A DNA stretch of 64,000 nucleotides from an uncultured Erysipelotrichaceae bacterium (GTDB lineage: Bacteria; Bacillota_I; Bacilli_A; RF39; UBA660), in NCBI GenBank assembly GCA_902779035.1, contig CACZAH010000001.1:24591-88590 (forward strand), read 5' to 3'. The position numbers and the translations under genes are program-made. Shown here piece by piece: positions 1-9,667 of the stretch. Every line of letters begins with the position of its first letter. Position 1 is the stretch's first letter. The notes under the pieces are model-generated. The model was not told the DNA's origin, made no database searches, and saw nothing but the letters and a program-made list of their open reading frames with translations.

Positions 1-434
1 TCACCACACACCATAATATTAGTATGCCCATGAACACAAGTAATTAGAAAGTTTAGTATATCTTCAGTAATGTATTTATCTCTAATAATCTCATTTTTTA
101 CAAGTCTTATTTTGGCAGGTGTCTTTCTTATAACACATGCAATACCATTTCTAGCAATTGAATCATGTACAAAGTTAATACGAAGTTGTTCTGACTCACT
201 GTCTAGAAAAGGATGAGCTGCATTAAAGCTACGACCAACTACATTCGCACATTGAAATGCAAGCTTGTCCATAAAATTATCATCTATACCAGGGTTTTCT
301 ACTCTAAATGTTCCATGGGATAATGTTCTAAGCCATAACTGTCCTCCATTATCATAAGATATATCTGTTACATCATCATTATCTAAGTATTGCTGTAAAG
401 GACCAAAATCCATCTCATCAAAAACATTATCCAC
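1..434 (-). CDS. CpaF/TadA-like (type II/IV secretion family) pilus ATPase, N-terminal part; gene runs off the window
   Basis: Own minus-strand translation from GTG at 434 gives DNVFDEMDFGPLQQYLDNDDVTDISYDNGGQLWL...RINFVHDSIARNGIACVIRKTPAKIRL...NFLITCVHGHTNIMVCG. This is the segment that precedes the Walker A box in CpaF/VirB11-type ATPases. RBS-like ggaagtaggtga lies upstream, and the gene is directly downstream of a CpaB-like gene. Confidence 0.55.
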   Translation of the reverse strand, partial: MDNVFDEMDFGPLQQYLDNDDVTDISYDNGGQLWLRTLSHGTFRVENPGIDDNFMDKLAFQCANVVGRSFNAAHPFLDSESEQLRINFVHDSIARNGIACVIRKTPAKIRLVKNEIIRDKYITEDILNFLITCVHGHTNIMVCG

Positions 435-463
435 ATAATCACCTACTTCCCTATTTTATTCTA

Positions 464-1345
464 CTATCTAACTAAACTTCTGCTATTATTTGTTTGATTA
501 GTATTATTTGCATTGTTCTCAGTATTATTAGTATTATCATCTACACTATTTTGTGCACTTACAAACTCTTCTACAACCTCATCACTAACAGTGCTGGTTG
601 CATTATTTATATAATCTTGTAATGTTTTACTACTAACAAGTGTTCCTGATGCAGATACATATTTCTGCCCTTTAGGTTCTATTACTAAATCAATACCTTG
701 TCCTTTTAAGTATTCTGCACGCTTTAATAATTTATAATTATCACGTGATAATCCAAATGCTAAATATGATGGACTTCCTACATTAGCTGGATCAGCAAAT
801 ACATTATGTCCTGAACCATCATGTACCGCAAGCACCTTTATACTACTAAATAATTTCCCATACATAATATTACCATTTTCATCACGAGCAGACATATATA
901 TATCTATATGTGAATCAGGTAAGATTGAGTTACCAAAAGTTGATACCATATCTACTTTATAGTAATATGCTTCTTCTCCCTTTGAAATATCAATCTTCTC
1001 AATCCAATTACCAGGAATTTCATCTCCATTTGCAAGCCATTCTGCATAAATCATTGAACCAGCTGGTATAGTTACATTTAAATTAGTATACTTACCTACT
1101 ATTAAAGACGCATTTCTAACTACATTTTCAGTAAGTCCTACTTTAGATATTTTCTTAATTTGTAACATATCACCTGTAATCTTAGTCTGCGCAGGAATCA
1201 TTTGTTTTGCAACAGGAATACTTACAGGATTAACTGTCTGATTAATAGTTACATTAAACCCAATAAATAGTAAGAATACTATTAGTATTATTCCTAATAT
1301 AGTAACTGTATTTTTATTTCTTAAAAACTTATTTAACCCTCTCAT
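464..1345 (-). CDS. CpaB/RcpC-like pilus assembly protein (N-terminal TM helix plus SAF-like domain) with an N/T-rich C-terminal tail
   Basis: 293-aa ORF with TM helix VTILGIILIVFLLFIGF, followed by VSIPVAKQMIPAQTKITGDMLQIKKISKVGL...VGKYTNLNVTIPAGSMI, which resembles the CpaB SAF region. It sits upstream of the pilus ATPase. Confidence 0.5.
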   Translation of the reverse strand: MRGLNKFLRNKNTVTILGIILIVFLLFIGFNVTINQTVNPVSIPVAKQMIPAQTKITGDMLQIKKISKVGLTENVVRNASLIVGKYTNLNVTIPAGSMIYAEWLANGDEIPGNWIEKIDISKGEEAYYYKVDMVSTFGNSILPDSHIDIYMSARDENGNIMYGKLFSSIKVLAVHDGSGHNVFADPANVGSPSYLAFGLSRDNYKLLKRAEYLKGQGIDLVIEPKGQKYVSASGTLVSSKTLQDYINNATSTVSDEVVEEFVSAQNSVDDNTNNTENNANNTNQTNNSRSLVR

Positions 1346-1364
1346 ATAAAATTTTATTCTCCTT

Positions 1365-1757
1365 TCAATACTTTGTTTCTAATATTGCATCTACTTTATT
1401 TACTAAATCAAAATCAACTATCTCACTAGTACCCTTTTCCGTTGATGATACTTTTATACTAACTTTTGGTGGATACTCATTAATATCATATATTTCTACA
1501 ACATATTTTCTAGATAAAGATGCACTTTCTGCAAATCTTCTTAAAAAACTTTCAATAAATTTTTCTTGATTAATTTTAACAATTCCCCCGTTGTTTGCAT
1601 CATTATCAATTGCATCATACATAGCAGCCTCAGTTGTTTCACGAAGCAATGTATAATTATGTTGATCAGTAGTTGAAACTCTTTGCATAAAGAATATAAA
1701 TATAATAGCAATTATTCCAAACATAATTATAAAATATGCCCAAATAGAATCCTTCAT
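1365..1757 (-). CDS. Hypothetical membrane-anchored protein of the pilus locus
   Basis: 130-aa ORF with an N-terminal TM helix (WAYFIIMFGIIAIIFIFFM). Its TGA stop is followed by aaggag and the start of the next gene. The ORF is tightly packed between the dockerin protein and the CpaB-like gene. Confidence 0.5.
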   Translation of the reverse strand: MKDSIWAYFIIMFGIIAIIFIFFMQRVSTTDQHNYTLLRETTEAAMYDAIDNDANNGGIVKINQEKFIESFLRRFAESASLSRKYVVEIYDINEYPPKVSIKVSSTEKGTSEIVDFDLVNKVDAILETKY

Positions 1758-1759
1758 AA

Positions 1760-4273
1760 TTAACCTCCCAAACTAAATTGATTTTGAATTACTTCTTGAA
1801 TATTACATTCTTCTTTAATATCACACAATGAATCTTCTAAACTTGCATAATTTTTACTAACAATATTACTAACAAATGAACTCTTTTCACCATCAGACCC
1901 ACTATAAGATGCATTCTCTTTATTGTACTCTCTTATTTTTTTGATATTATTAGCATCTAATACAAATTTATATAACGATTTTGATGATTTAGTAGAACCA
2001 TCAGCTAAATTTATTTTCCCATTAGCATTAGGTCTTAAATAAATATATTCTTTTATTGTATCATTATTTTCTTTATTTCCTTGACAATACTTATAATTAT
2101 TAGGCATACTGACAACGCCATCATCATTGCTAATTTGTTGGCTAGCATATGTAAATTCAGCTTCTAAACCTTGAATATAAACTGCATCTATCGAGCTAAT
2201 CACACCATCACGATTGACATCAGCTAATCTTTTAATATTTTCATCATTAATATCTAGAGGATAATTAGTGTTTTCAGCTAAATAATTACTCAAATAGTTT
2301 ACATCTTTATTATCCACAACCCCATCCATATTAACATCTCCAACACGATATTGTTCAGTTTTTGATATTACATCCTCTATATTAATATTACTATCATTAG
2401 GAGTTGAACACCAATTACTTCCCGTTAATCTTTCTGTTCCATCTGGATTGTTAAAAGGGTTATTAGTATCAATAGTTCTATATATTATTTCATTTTTATA
2501 GCTTTCTGATTTTATTTGAAAATTACAAGCTGCATTTATATTACTATTATCTGTTGTATCAATAGAAAGAATTGTGCTATTGCCATTAATATCCTTTCTA
2601 CTAAATTCCATTGTCATTTCACCATCAGTAATACTTATTGTAGATGGTACTAAAATGCCATAACCATACACTTCATCACCACTATTCCAATGTTTTAAAT
2701 TGCCATCAGATGATATTGCATACTTATTATTATCATTATACATATAATTAACAATTGCAGTAAAATTTATCATATGTTTAGATGAATCACTAGAACAGTA
2801 AATTAGATTATCAGAAACACTACATCCATTACCACTTATAGAGTTAGGATCTAAAACACCTATAAGGTTTGTATCACTAATTCCATAGTTATTTTTAAAC
2901 TTCAATGTTAAGCTTGGTATAATCTCATCAACACTAATTACTTTTATATTTTGCATACTTTGTGAAGAACCATGCTTACTAGGTATATCACAAGTATATT
3001 GAACAGTAGCTTGTCCAAATAAATTAGATTTTTTACCATCTGACATATCATTTGGCATAAACAACAAACTGTTTTTTGATACATTCTTATTATTAGCGAC
3101 TAAATTATCAAAAGTAATATTTGTTTTACAAAGTGCTAATTCTTCCTTGCCATCTATTACTAATTCTTTAACAAATTGATTAGTAAAAACCGTTTTTTCA
3201 CATGAAGCGTTACTCTTAAAATCTACATTATCACACGATGGATTTAATGTATCTAATAAACCTTCTTTTTTATATTCATTATAAAGAAGTATATTTTCTT
3301 CAGGTGAGCCAATTGAATCCTCACAAGATTTTTCTTTGCCACTCTTTATCTTAAAATTAATATCCTGAGTAATTTTAGGACCAGGTGATGTTAATATATA
3401 ATTTGGAGAAATTGTTTGTTTTTTATAACCGCAATTATAATTTTGCGCAATCACATATAAACGTTGATTATAAAATTTTATAGTAATCTCCCTATCATTA
3501 AAAGAATTAATTTTATTTTTAATAAAGTCAGTAACATCAATAGTAATTATTGCATCATTAGCATTCTTTTCAACACGAGTATTATCAATCAAACTATCAA
3601 AATTAGAATCTTGATTTCCATCTTTAATAGTTAAACTATCAACGCCTGGTAAATCGCATGAAATCTTATTTCCACCCTCTTTATCATAGCACTCAATAGT
3701 AGCACTAATTATATATTTTTTACTATCATCGCTAATTTCAACAGTATCGTTATTTTTTATAGATGTTCCATTAAGTTTTAAGCTACTAACTTTTATAAAA
3801 TTATCATTACCATAATTGTTATATATTTCTTTTGCTTTATCAACGCTATCTTTTACTGTATTAAGTGTATATACCGAAGGAGCAATCTTATTCAACTTAT
3901 TTTTTTGGGGATTAATTTCATACAAGAAACGATTAATCGCAACTGTTGTATAAAAATAACTATTACTATACTGACGCCAATATAAAATAATGCTTCCAAT
4001 AGCAGCAGATGCTTTTTCATTATCTACATTAGGCCATGTTGCAAGAGTACATTCATCATTATTATATTGACTTGGATTATCAAGCCCCCATCTTGTACAA
4101 AATACATTTCTTTCACCAGAATTGATTTTTCCCTTTATTGTTGTCATAGGAAATCCATTAACTGTAATACCGCCCGTTCCACTAATATCAATAGTATTAG
4201 GAAAAGAATAAGCATTTACTTTTAATACCGAAAAGCAAAGAAACAACAGACTAAACATTAGTATTTTTTTCAT
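1760..4273 (-). CDS. Large secreted Cys-rich protein with an internal dockerin-type double Ca-binding repeat (candidate pilus-associated adhesin)
   Basis: 837-aa ORF with signal peptide MKKILMFSLLFLCFSVLKVNA, many Cys and N/S/T-rich content. Dockerin-like sequence GDVNMDGVVDNKDVNYL...LADVNRDGVISSIDAVYIQ. It is the first gene of the minus-strand pilus operon. Confidence 0.7.
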   Translation of the reverse strand: MKKILMFSLLFLCFSVLKVNAYSFPNTIDISGTGGITVNGFPMTTIKGKINSGERNVFCTRWGLDNPSQYNNDECTLATWPNVDNEKASAAIGSIILYWRQYSNSYFYTTVAINRFLYEINPQKNKLNKIAPSVYTLNTVKDSVDKAKEIYNNYGNDNFIKVSSLKLNGTSIKNNDTVEISDDSKKYIISATIECYDKEGGNKISCDLPGVDSLTIKDGNQDSNFDSLIDNTRVEKNANDAIITIDVTDFIKNKINSFNDREITIKFYNQRLYVIAQNYNCGYKKQTISPNYILTSPGPKITQDINFKIKSGKEKSCEDSIGSPEENILLYNEYKKEGLLDTLNPSCDNVDFKSNASCEKTVFTNQFVKELVIDGKEELALCKTNITFDNLVANNKNVSKNSLLFMPNDMSDGKKSNLFGQATVQYTCDIPSKHGSSQSMQNIKVISVDEIIPSLTLKFKNNYGISDTNLIGVLDPNSISGNGCSVSDNLIYCSSDSSKHMINFTAIVNYMYNDNNKYAISSDGNLKHWNSGDEVYGYGILVPSTISITDGEMTMEFSRKDINGNSTILSIDTTDNSNINAACNFQIKSESYKNEIIYRTIDTNNPFNNPDGTERLTGSNWCSTPNDSNINIEDVISKTEQYRVGDVNMDGVVDNKDVNYLSNYLAENTNYPLDINDENIKRLADVNRDGVISSIDAVYIQGLEAEFTYASQQISNDDGVVSMPNNYKYCQGNKENNDTIKEYIYLRPNANGKINLADGSTKSSKSLYKFVLDANNIKKIREYNKENASYSGSDGEKSSFVSNIVSKNYASLEDSLCDIKEECNIQEVIQNQFSLGG
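2168..2341 (-). other. Dockerin type-I-like module (two DxNxDGxxxxxD loops) inside the 837-aa protein
   Basis: Residues ~645-702: DVNMDGVVDNKD ... DVNRDGVISSID, separated by ~30 aa. This is the classic duplicated EF-hand-like dockerin signature. Confidence 0.7.
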
Positions 4274-4354
4274 TTATAAGCACCTTCCCACTATCATAAT
4301 ACATGATAATTTTAACATACTTTACAATTTTTGTATACGATTTTCAAAAAATAA

Positions 4355-4383
4355 TTGAAAAAAATTTACAAATTTATTATAAT
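4355..4383 (+). promoter_or_regulatory. Sigma-A-type promoter upstream of scpA
   Basis: TTGAAA (4355-4360), 17-nt spacer, TATAAT (4378-4383), followed by RBS-like taggggg before ATG 4412. Confidence 0.45.
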
Positions 4384-4411
4384 TAGGGGGTGCTAGTGGA
4401 TATGGTGATTT

Positions 4412-5125
4412 ATGGAATATGAAGTTAAGATAAATGAATTTGAAGGTCCTTTAGACTTATTATTACACTTAATAAAGAAAGAAAACATTAATATTTTTGA
4501 TATTAGTATCGAAGAAATTATCAAGCAATATCTAGATTATATTAATAAAATGAAAGAAGAAAATCTTGATATTACAAGTGAATACTTGGTTATGGCTTCA
4601 GAACTTATTGAATTAAAATCTAAAATGTTATTACCAAATAAAACTGAAGAAGTGGAAGATGAAATAGAAGAAGCTACTAATGATTTAATCAATAGATTAC
4701 TTGAATATGATAAATATAAAAATATGACTAGCGAACTTAGAAATTTAGAGACTATTAGAAGTAAAATACATACAAGAGAATCAGAAGAATTATTAAATTA
4801 CGCAAACAACGATGATATTGATTATGGTATTGATTTAGATGACTTAGTTAATGCTTTTCAAAAATTCTTAGAGTATAAAGAAATGACTAAACCACTTAAT
4901 ACCAAGATTGAAAAAAAAGAATATTCAGTAGATGAAAGATGTATAGAAATTAGAAATAAAATAAAAATAAAAGGTAGTTTGAACTTTGAAGACTTATTTG
5001 AAACAGTAACTAAGGAATATGTAGTAGTTACTTTTCTAGCGATATTATCAATGGCTAAAAAGCAAGAAATCTCTATTAATCAAGATAATAATTTTAACAA
5101 TATAACAATTATAGCAAGGAAGTGA
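4412..5125 (+). CDS. scpA: Segregation and condensation protein A
   Basis: 237 aa with N-terminus FEGPLDLLLHLIKKENINIFDISI typical of ScpA. It is followed 3 nt later by scpB. Confidence 0.9.
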   Translation: MEYEVKINEFEGPLDLLLHLIKKENINIFDISIEEIIKQYLDYINKMKEENLDITSEYLVMASELIELKSKMLLPNKTEEVEDEIEEATNDLINRLLEYDKYKNMTSELRNLETIRSKIHTRESEELLNYANNDDIDYGIDLDDLVNAFQKFLEYKEMTKPLNTKIEKKEYSVDERCIEIRNKIKIKGSLNFEDLFETVTKEYVVVTFLAILSMAKKQEISINQDNNFNNITIIARK

Positions 5126-5128
5126 GTT

Positions 5129-5677
5129 ATGTTATCAGCATTAGAAGGATTACTATTTATAATTGGTGATGAGGGTTTAACACTAAAGGATATATCTAGT
5201 ATATTAGAAATTAATGAAGATGAGGCAAAGAAATTAATTAAAGAGCTATATAATGAACTTAATCAAGATACTAGAGGTATAGAATTAGAATACTTTGGTG
5301 AAAGATTTAAGCTTACTACTAAAGCGAAACACGCTAAATATTTTGAAAAATTAGTAAAAAACGAACAGAACAACAAACTATCAGACGCAGCCCTAGAAGT
5401 ATTATCAATAATTGCATATAGCGGACCAATTACTAGAGTTAACATTGATAAGATTAGAGGAGTATCTAGTGCATATATTGTAAGAAAACTTGTTTTAAAA
5501 AATTTAATTGAAGAATGTGGAAAATCAGAGGATATTGGTAGACCTACACTATATAAAGTAACAAATCAATTCTTAAACTATTTTGGTCTTACAAGTATAA
5601 AAGAACTTCCGAAAATAAAAGAAATAGAGAAAAAAGAAGAAAATGACAATTTATTTGAAACAAAATATCACGAATAA
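5129..5677 (+). CDS. scpB: Segregation and condensation protein B
   Basis: 182 aa with ALEGLLFIIGDEGL...LSDAALEVLSIIAYSGPITRVNIDKIRGV, typical ScpB winged-helix repeats. Adjacent to scpA. Confidence 0.9.
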   Translation: MLSALEGLLFIIGDEGLTLKDISSILEINEDEAKKLIKELYNELNQDTRGIELEYFGERFKLTTKAKHAKYFEKLVKNEQNNKLSDAALEVLSIIAYSGPITRVNIDKIRGVSSAYIVRKLVLKNLIEECGKSEDIGRPTLYKVTNQFLNYFGLTSIKELPKIKEIEKKEENDNLFETKYHE

Positions 5678-5716
5678 TCTTGAAATAATAAATATTCATG
5701 ATATAATTGTTTTACT

Positions 5717-5803
5717 GCTCGTGTGATGAAATTGGTAGACGTGCGAGACTCAAAATCTCGTGGTAGCGATACCGTATCGGTTCGAGTCCGATCACGAGCA
5801 CCA
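5717..5803 (+). tRNA. tRNA-Leu (anticodon CAA), CCA encoded
   Basis: Acceptor GCTCGTG/CACGAGC, anticodon stem CGAGA/TCTCG with loop CTCAAAA, long variable arm, T-arm GGTTCGAGTCC, 3' ACCA. Length 87 nt. Confidence 0.9.
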
Positions 5804-5815
5804 ACTATACCCAAT

Positions 5816-5848
5816 AAAGCATCCGAAACAATCAGATGCTTTTCTTTT
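5816..5848. terminator. Hairpin terminator between convergent tRNA-Leu and uppP
   Basis: aaagcatc (5816-5823) pairs with gatgcttt (5835-5842). T-run on the plus strand and A-run on the other side. Confidence 0.5.
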
Positions 5849-6656
5849 ACAAGAATATAACTACAAGTAATCCCACTATAAAACAATAAACGGAAAAAAA
5901 TATAAGTTTTCCTTCATTAACAATCTTTCTAAACCATTTAGTAACTAAGAATGTAACTACGGCTGCAACTACTACTGCAAGTGTATAGTGAAGTATTAAA
6001 GATTTATCTAGATTAATCTTAGTAATTTCAAGAGCCATAGCCGCTAAACTCATTGGTATATATAACATAAATGAATACTTAAATGCTGTATCTCTTTTTA
6101 AATCACTAAACATACCGCCTACTATAGTAGAACCACTTCTACTTATTCCAGGAAAAAGTCCTAGTATTTGAAAACATCCTACAGTAAATGCATCTTTTAT
6201 AGTTAAATCTTCATCTTTCTTATGTCCTTTAAAATTACGGATTAAAAATAATAGAATTGCAGTAATCATAAGTGATAATCCAACAATTTTAACATTATCC
6301 TCTATTTTAGCAAATAAATCTAACTTACTTACTACAAGTCCGGCAAGTCCTGCTGGAATACACCCTATAACTATCATCCAAGCATACTTAAACTCCGACT
6401 TATATCTTTTATCCTTAGAACCAATGTATTTAAAGAAACCAGATATAATATCCATTATATCATTTCTAAATAAGAATAGTATTGCAAGTAAACTACCAAA
6501 GTTAGTTAGTATTGCAATCGTATCAAAATCAACTTTAACATCCATAAGTGTTTTAAAAATCATTAAATGTCCAGAAGATGAAACTGGTATTGTTTCCGTA
6601 AATCCTTGTATAAAACCTAAAAATATATATTTAAATATCATAATTATACTCACCAA
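5847..6656 (-). CDS. uppP: Undecaprenyl-diphosphate phosphatase (BacA/UppP)
   Basis: Polytopic membrane ORF with FIQGFTETIPVSSSGHL and PGISRSGSTI motifs. The true start may be the internal ATG at 6641 (MIFKY...). Confidence 0.9.
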   Translation of the reverse strand: MVSIIMIFKYIFLGFIQGFTETIPVSSSGHLMIFKTLMDVKVDFDTIAILTNFGSLLAILFLFRNDIMDIISGFFKYIGSKDKRYKSEFKYAWMIVIGCIPAGLAGLVVSKLDLFAKIEDNVKIVGLSLMITAILLFLIRNFKGHKKDEDLTIKDAFTVGCFQILGLFPGISRSGSTIVGGMFSDLKRDTAFKYSFMLYIPMSLAAMALEITKINLDKSLILHYTLAVVVAAVVTFLVTKWFRKIVNEGKLIFFSVYCFIVGLLVVIFL

Positions 6657-6723
6657 CCTTTATTTAATTATATACTAAAATTTAAATTTAATAAATAAAA
6701 TCTTATTAATTTAATAAAATTAA

Positions 6724-6948
6724 TTGAGTGATATGATTAGATTATTTTTCTTTTTAGTAGGATTTGGTCTTACTGTAATTGGTTCAGTATATATAATTAG
6801 TTACCTAAACTTACTATCTATTGGGTATAATTTTTTAGAATATGTACATTATGTTATTAGGCATATTGAATGCATAAATGCGCCTGTAGGCGTAGTAATT
6901 ATGTTTTTTGCGCTTTATAAAGGAGAGAAAAATGACATACATATATGA
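6724..6948 (+). CDS. Small hypothetical membrane protein
   Basis: 74-aa ORF (TTG start) with two hydrophobic helices. Overlaps the start of the next ORF. No recognised family. Confidence 0.3.
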   Translation: MSDMIRLFFFLVGFGLTVIGSVYIISYLNLLSIGYNFLEYVHYVIRHIECINAPVGVVIMFFALYKGEKNDIHI

Positions 6949-7555
6949 TGTTACACTAAATTTTAATGAAACTTTATATGATTTTTTTGAGTGGAATAAT
7001 AGTGACTCTCTAACACATGTTAGAAAGATTCCAATATTTAAAGTTAGTAATGAAGTATTTATAGATATACTTTCTAATGTAATTAAAGTATCTGATACAA
7101 TTTTAAGTAAAATAAAGGATAAGACTGATGTATATGGTAAAAAGAATAAATCATTTACCGCATGTCTTATTAGAAATGAAGATAATATTATTGCCTTAAA
7201 ATTCAATGAAGACGGTGTAAGTAAATATATAAGTAATATTGTTGTTGAGGAAGAACTAGATATATTAGAAATAAAAGTAAATACTACTAAAACATTTGAA
7301 TATGAAATAATTAAGCCTAGAAAGAATTTATTAACTACTAGATATGATAGTATGAATAAAACATATATTGAAAAGCAACTTAATAGTTTAAGCATAGATA
7401 AAGATAAAGAAAAGATTAAATATTTATATTTTGAATACTTTGGTAAGTATATAACTGATGAAACACTCGCACTAAATAAATTAAAGAAAGAGTTTAATAA
7501 TAATTCTAGTAATGATTTAAAAGATTTTTTTAAACTATCAAGCAATAAATATTAA
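6932..7555 (+). CDS. Conserved hypothetical protein
   Basis: ORF read from ATG 6932 (MTYIYDVTLNFNETLYDFFEWN...), preceded by aaaggagagaaaa. An antisense ORF at 6835..7545 is low-complexity and was rejected. Confidence 0.55.
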   Translation: MTYIYDVTLNFNETLYDFFEWNNSDSLTHVRKIPIFKVSNEVFIDILSNVIKVSDTILSKIKDKTDVYGKKNKSFTACLIRNEDNIIALKFNEDGVSKYISNIVVEEELDILEIKVNTTKTFEYEIIKPRKNLLTTRYDSMNKTYIEKQLNSLSIDKDKEKIKYLYFEYFGKYITDETLALNKLKKEFNNNSSNDLKDFFKLSSNKY

Positions 7556-7584
7556 ATATGTGCTAAAATGGTGTTGGTGGTTTT

Positions 7585-8754
7585 ATGTTGATTCAAAAGA
7601 TGGATAATCAAGCAAGAGGTATTACTTATTACAATGATAAGATTGTATTTGTTAATAACGCTCTACCTAATGAGGATGTTGATATAAATATTATTATAGA
7701 TAAAAAAAGATATAGTGTTGCGAATGTTGCTAAGTATAATAAGATAGATAAAAATAGAATTAAAACTAAATGTAAATACTACGGTATATGTGGTGGATGT
7801 CAGCTAGAACATATTAATTATCAAGATGAATTAGAGTATAAAAAGAATTACCTAAATGATATATTTAAAGTACTAGGTATTAAGATTGATAAAATAATTA
7901 GTAGTAATGACTACGGATATCGTAATAAGATTTCTTTAAAAGTTGATAATAACAAGATTGGTTATAATAAACTAAATAGTAATGAAATAATTAGTATTGA
8001 TAAGTGTTTAATTGCTGATAATCTTATTAATGAAAAGATTAAATATTTAGAATATATTGATAAGAATAAAGTTAATGAGATAATTATTAAATCATTTGAT
8101 AATAAAGTAATGCTTGTATTAGATGGAGAAAACAATATAGATATATCTAAATTAATTAATCACTTTGATACTATTTATATCAATGATAAATTAGTTTGTG
8201 GTGATAAAATAATCACTACTATTAATAGTATTAAGTATTATATAGCCCCTAATTCATTCTTTCAAGTAAATAGTAATATTGCAGAAAAGATGTTTAATTA
8301 TATTAAAGATATATGTAAGAAGAATAATGCATCTAGAGTAATTGATTTATATTGCGGATGTGGAAGTATATCTTTAATTATTGCAGATATAGTAGATTAT
8401 GTTTACGGAGTTGAATTAAATAAGCAATCTATAATTGATGCAAATGAAAATAAGTTATTAAATAATATTAGTAATGTGGAGTTTAAGTGCGATACTACTG
8501 ATAATATAGAAGATATAAATGATTTTGATAATATGATTGTAGATCCACCTAGAAATGGATTATCTAAAAAAGTTATAAATAAAATACTAAGTAGTAATAT
8601 TAAAAATATAATTTATGTATCATGTGATCCTATAACTTTAAGAAGAGATTTATTACTTTTAAAAGATAAATATAATATAGATAATATTACTACATTTGAT
8701 ATGTTTCCCAATACTTATCACGTAGAAAATGTATGCACACTATCTATAAAATAA
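7585..8754 (+). CDS. TrmA/RumA-family SAM-dependent RNA (uracil-5)-methyltransferase with an Fe-S Cys cluster
   Basis: 389 aa with CKYYGICGGCQLEH cluster, FFQVN, DLYCGCGSISL (SAM motif I), VDPPRNGL, VSCDP, FDMFPNTYHVE. Confidence 0.85.
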   Translation: MLIQKMDNQARGITYYNDKIVFVNNALPNEDVDINIIIDKKRYSVANVAKYNKIDKNRIKTKCKYYGICGGCQLEHINYQDELEYKKNYLNDIFKVLGIKIDKIISSNDYGYRNKISLKVDNNKIGYNKLNSNEIISIDKCLIADNLINEKIKYLEYIDKNKVNEIIIKSFDNKVMLVLDGENNIDISKLINHFDTIYINDKLVCGDKIITTINSIKYYIAPNSFFQVNSNIAEKMFNYIKDICKKNNASRVIDLYCGCGSISLIIADIVDYVYGVELNKQSIIDANENKLLNNISNVEFKCDTTDNIEDINDFDNMIVDPPRNGLSKKVINKILSSNIKNIIYVSCDPITLRRDLLLLKDKYNIDNITTFDMFPNTYHVENVCTLSIK

Positions 8755-8773
8755 ATCTACTTTACACTTTTAG

Positions 8774-8795
8774 ACACTATTTTTAGTGTTTTTTT
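8774..8795 (+). terminator. Rho-independent terminator after the methyltransferase gene
   Basis: ACACTA-TTTT-TAGTGT hairpin followed by a T-run. Confidence 0.6.
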
Positions 8796-8841
8796 CAATT
8801 TTCAACTTTTTTTTTGTGAATCTATGATATAATACTGTTGA

Positions 8842-9654
8842 ATGGTAGGTGTTCATATGATGACTGTTAAAGAAACTAACAAAAAATTAGTTCAAGACAC
8901 AATTGATAAGCTAATTAAAAGTGGGGCTTATAAAGATATTGCAGATATAAAAAGACGCAATCCTTCTTTACAAGACTTTTGTTTTAATAACAAACTTAAT
9001 TTTATTATGTATTCATTTTCATCACAATTTACCAATGATGATTATCTAAATCTATTAAAACAATTAGAAGAAGAAATGAAAAAGAACAATGATAATGAAA
9101 ATAAAATTGTTGAAACAAAAGTTGATGATAAAATGTTTGTCGACTATAATAACGGAGAACAACTTGAAACTTTAGTCGGAGTAGAATCTGTAAATAAGGA
9201 AGACACTGATTCAGAGACATATGAGCAAGAACAAAAATTTGAGAAAAACGTGGCCAGTTTTCAAAATATAAACGATATTGATACGAGTAAATTAAATAAT
9301 GAACAACTACAAGATTTAAGTGTTATTGCTACAAACGCAGAAAACACTGTTGCTAAAGAAAACACGCAAGTATATTTTGATGAATATGGCAACATGACCA
9401 ATACCGTACAAGTTACTAATGAAAGTGGCAATAGTTACTATACAGTTGATGAAGTAAATGGTAGTAAGGATTTAGTAGGACATGAGGCAAGCGAAACTAA
9501 AAGCGCGGGAGAAAAATCAAATGTTAAAGTAAAAACTTTAAGTAATGGACATAATATAAGTGGTGCATTTACTAATACATTAATATTATCATTTATAATA
9601 GGATCATTCTTTGGTATTGTATTTCTTGCAATATATATAAAAGTAATGCATTAA
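8842..9654 (+). CDS. Hypothetical acidic protein with a C-terminal TM anchor
   Basis: 270-aa ORF, D/E/N-rich, ending with hydrophobic LILSFIIGSFFGIVFLAIYI. The start could be ATG 8857. Confidence 0.55.
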   Translation: MVGVHMMTVKETNKKLVQDTIDKLIKSGAYKDIADIKRRNPSLQDFCFNNKLNFIMYSFSSQFTNDDYLNLLKQLEEEMKKNNDNENKIVETKVDDKMFVDYNNGEQLETLVGVESVNKEDTDSETYEQEQKFEKNVASFQNINDIDTSKLNNEQLQDLSVIATNAENTVAKENTQVYFDEYGNMTNTVQVTNESGNSYYTVDEVNGSKDLVGHEASETKSAGEKSNVKVKTLSNGHNISGAFTNTLILSFIIGSFFGIVFLAIYIKVMH

Positions 9655-9667
9655 TAAGGAGGTAAGC

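Noticed and set aside
5123-5131. scpA and scpB are in the same frame, separated only by TGA GTT. This raised the possibility of a read-through fusion.
   Set aside because: ScpA and ScpB are separate proteins in all characterised systems. A shared frame has a 1-in-3 chance of occurring, and scpB has its own ATG.
5668-5886. 72-aa minus-strand ORF.
   Set aside because: It runs antisense through tRNA-Leu(CAA) and its terminator. It has no RBS, and its composition is driven by the tRNA.
6835-7545. 236-aa minus-strand ORF antisense to 6932..7555. Similar antisense ORFs occur at 6424..6678, 12016..12246, 13684..13905, 35509..35742, 43972..46158, 55670..56314 and 59355..59713.
   Set aside because: These are low-complexity L/S/F/I-rich translations typical of the antisense strand of AT-rich genes. 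Each is fully nested in a longer ORF with recognisable motifs.
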